From positions 3,164,001 through 3,228,000 of the forward strand of contig MU053881.1 in NCBI GenBank assembly GCA_013239625.1: DNA of 64,000 nucleotides, in the 5' to 3' direction. Below the pieces are notes generated by a model. The model was not told the origin of the DNA. It ran no database searches and worked only from the letters and a program-made list of their open reading frames with translations. This stretch comes from Lama guanicoe. Lineage: Eukaryota. Position 1 is the stretch's first letter; every line of letters begins with the position of its first letter. Positions 62,270 through 64,000 of the stretch are shown piece after piece. A program made the translations under genes and the position numbers.

Positions 62270-64000
62270 TAATTTTTTTATTATGAAAGCTTTCTAACAT
62301 CCTGAGAAGTAGAGATGAGAATAATATAAGGGTAACTGCGTGCATCATCACCCAGCTTGACAGTTATTAACATGTGCCTTTCTTGCTTTCTCAAACTGGA
62401 ATTTTTTTTTTTTTGGTGGGGGAGGGTAGAGCTGGACTATTTTAAGTCAAACTGGAGACATCATGTGAGTCTGCCCATAAAAACAACAGTGTGACGTCCT
62501 ATGAGACGAAGACTTTCAGAAAATCACGCTCAACCAAAGTACTCAGAATCCCTTGATATCATCCAATGTCCAACCTACGTTCGGTGAGACCCACGCACCA
62601 CGTTGGGTTGATGTCTCTCCTAAATGCCTTTTACTCCACAGGACTTCCTTCTCCCACTTCTCCTTCTCCTTTTGCTCCGTTGGCTGGGGAAACTGGGTCA
62701 TGTCTCCAGCAGCACTTTGCATATTCTACGTTTAACGGGTTGCTTCCTCCTGCTGTAGTTAACGTGCTGGTCTATCTTTGTGTTTCCTCTAAACCAGTTA
62801 GAGTTAGAGGCTTGGTTAGAGTCCAATTCATTCTTTTCTTTTTTGGCAAGTGTTACCCATGGGTCGTGCTGTTCATTTCCTATCGCTGTGCATCAAGGCA
62901 TCCCTAACGTCTGTTGTCCCACATTTTTAAGAATGATTAGCAAGTTCAGATGGCGTCAGTGGAGCTCACCGTCATAAAGCTCACTGTCACACCCCTGGTG
63001 ATCACTGTCCGGATCAGGCACTGCAACAGGGGTGATGATGCCTCCGAGGAGTCAAACATTTGTTCTTGAACAAGAGTAGGAAAAAATCTTATTTTTCTAT
63101 GTATAAAGCATAGGTGTACATATTTTACATAAACAGATATACAGTATATTTGTGGTATTAAAATTTCACGGGAGGACAGTGTGATCAGAGAGAAAAAAAG
63201 TCTAAAAAGATTCCTTTTTGTGTGGGGGGTGTGATAATGAAAAGAAGATTGAGGTGCACAGGTGTAGATGTATTATTTCATTAGGAATCGCAAACTGGTG
63301 CTTTTCTAAAGCTTTGGTTCTTCTATAAAGGAGAAAATTGTCCTTATCAATTCATTGGTTTCCCTGAAATCTAATCCGTGCAGATAAAGCAAGATAAACG
63401 CTTAAATTTTATTCTTTATCAGTTTTCAGCACAATGAGTTGGTGCTTAGAAGCCTCCATTGGTTCTTTATCAATGAGATTTTTAAAAAAATTATCATTGA
63501 GAACTTAGAGATGTCATATAATTTGTGCCTTTTTTCAATCTATTTCAATGAATAGTCTTTTTTGAATATATTTTTATTGAAGTAGAGTCAGTTTACAATG
63601 TTGGGTCAATTCCTGGTGTACAGCACAGTGCTTCAGTCATATAGGAACATACATATATTCGTTTTCATATTCTTTTTCACCATAAATTACTACAAGATAT
63701 TGAATAGAGTTCCCTGTGCTGTACAGTATACACTTGTTGCTTATTCACTGTATATATATTAGTTAGTATCTGCAAATCTTGAACTCCCAGTTTAGCCTTT
63801 CCTACCCACTTCCCCCCTGATATTTCAGTGAATACTCTTGATGCTCAAATTAATCTCACTTTGGCCAATGAGAGCCCCTTTGAATAGGCTCCCAATTGTC
63901 TCATAGATTCTTGCTTCCCAGTCATGACAAGATGGCCCAGATTTACCTTTGATGCGTCTTGCACCAGATCTTCAAACACCCATTTCTCGGAGGAGCACTG
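62270..64000 (-). mobile_element. L1MC-like 3' region, interrupted by other insertions
   Basis: ttattatgaaagctttctaacatcc...catcacccagcttgacagttattaac...tttggccaatgagagcccc. Confidence 0.6.
63560..63820 (-). mobile_element. Young L1 3' end
   Basis: TSD tatttcaatgaatagtctt 63541-63559 / tatttcagtgaatactctt 63821-63839. Confidence 0.9.

Noticed and set aside
1..64000. CRISPR array, operon or other prokaryotic/novel multi-gene system
   Set aside because: No regularly spaced repeat-spacer array and no gene-dense coding; the sequence is mammalian repeat-rich non-coding DNA

Overview
Mammalian genomic DNA, very probably camelid (alpaca/camel/llama). This rests on the tRNA-derived Vic-1-type SINEs and the lineage-type young L1 3' ends, recognised from memory rather than by database search. 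The first ~620 bp are a CpG island containing a probable first exon of a minus-strand gene (donor CAG|GTAACG at 130/129), which I cannot identify. The remaining ~63 kb is repeat-dense upstream/intergenic DNA. It holds many ancient MIR, L2, L3, MaLR/ERVL LTR, hAT and old L1M fragments, overlaid by younger L1 3' ends, SINEs and ERV1-class solo LTRs, several with readable target-site duplications (TSDs). No cellular protein-coding exon, CRISPR array or RNA gene is supported. The only ORFs with recognisable protein similarity are L1 ORF2 fragments, plus a weak hAT transposase remnant found by hand translation. I found no new biological system. The best observations are a twin-primed 5'-inverted L1, nested and stacked insertions, a SINE with an atypical 3' tail, an unexplained ~65-bp direct repeat pair, a palindromic CTCF-like site and a few candidate regulatory elements. 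Boundaries of ancient repeats are approximate (tens of bp) and subfamily names are tentative.
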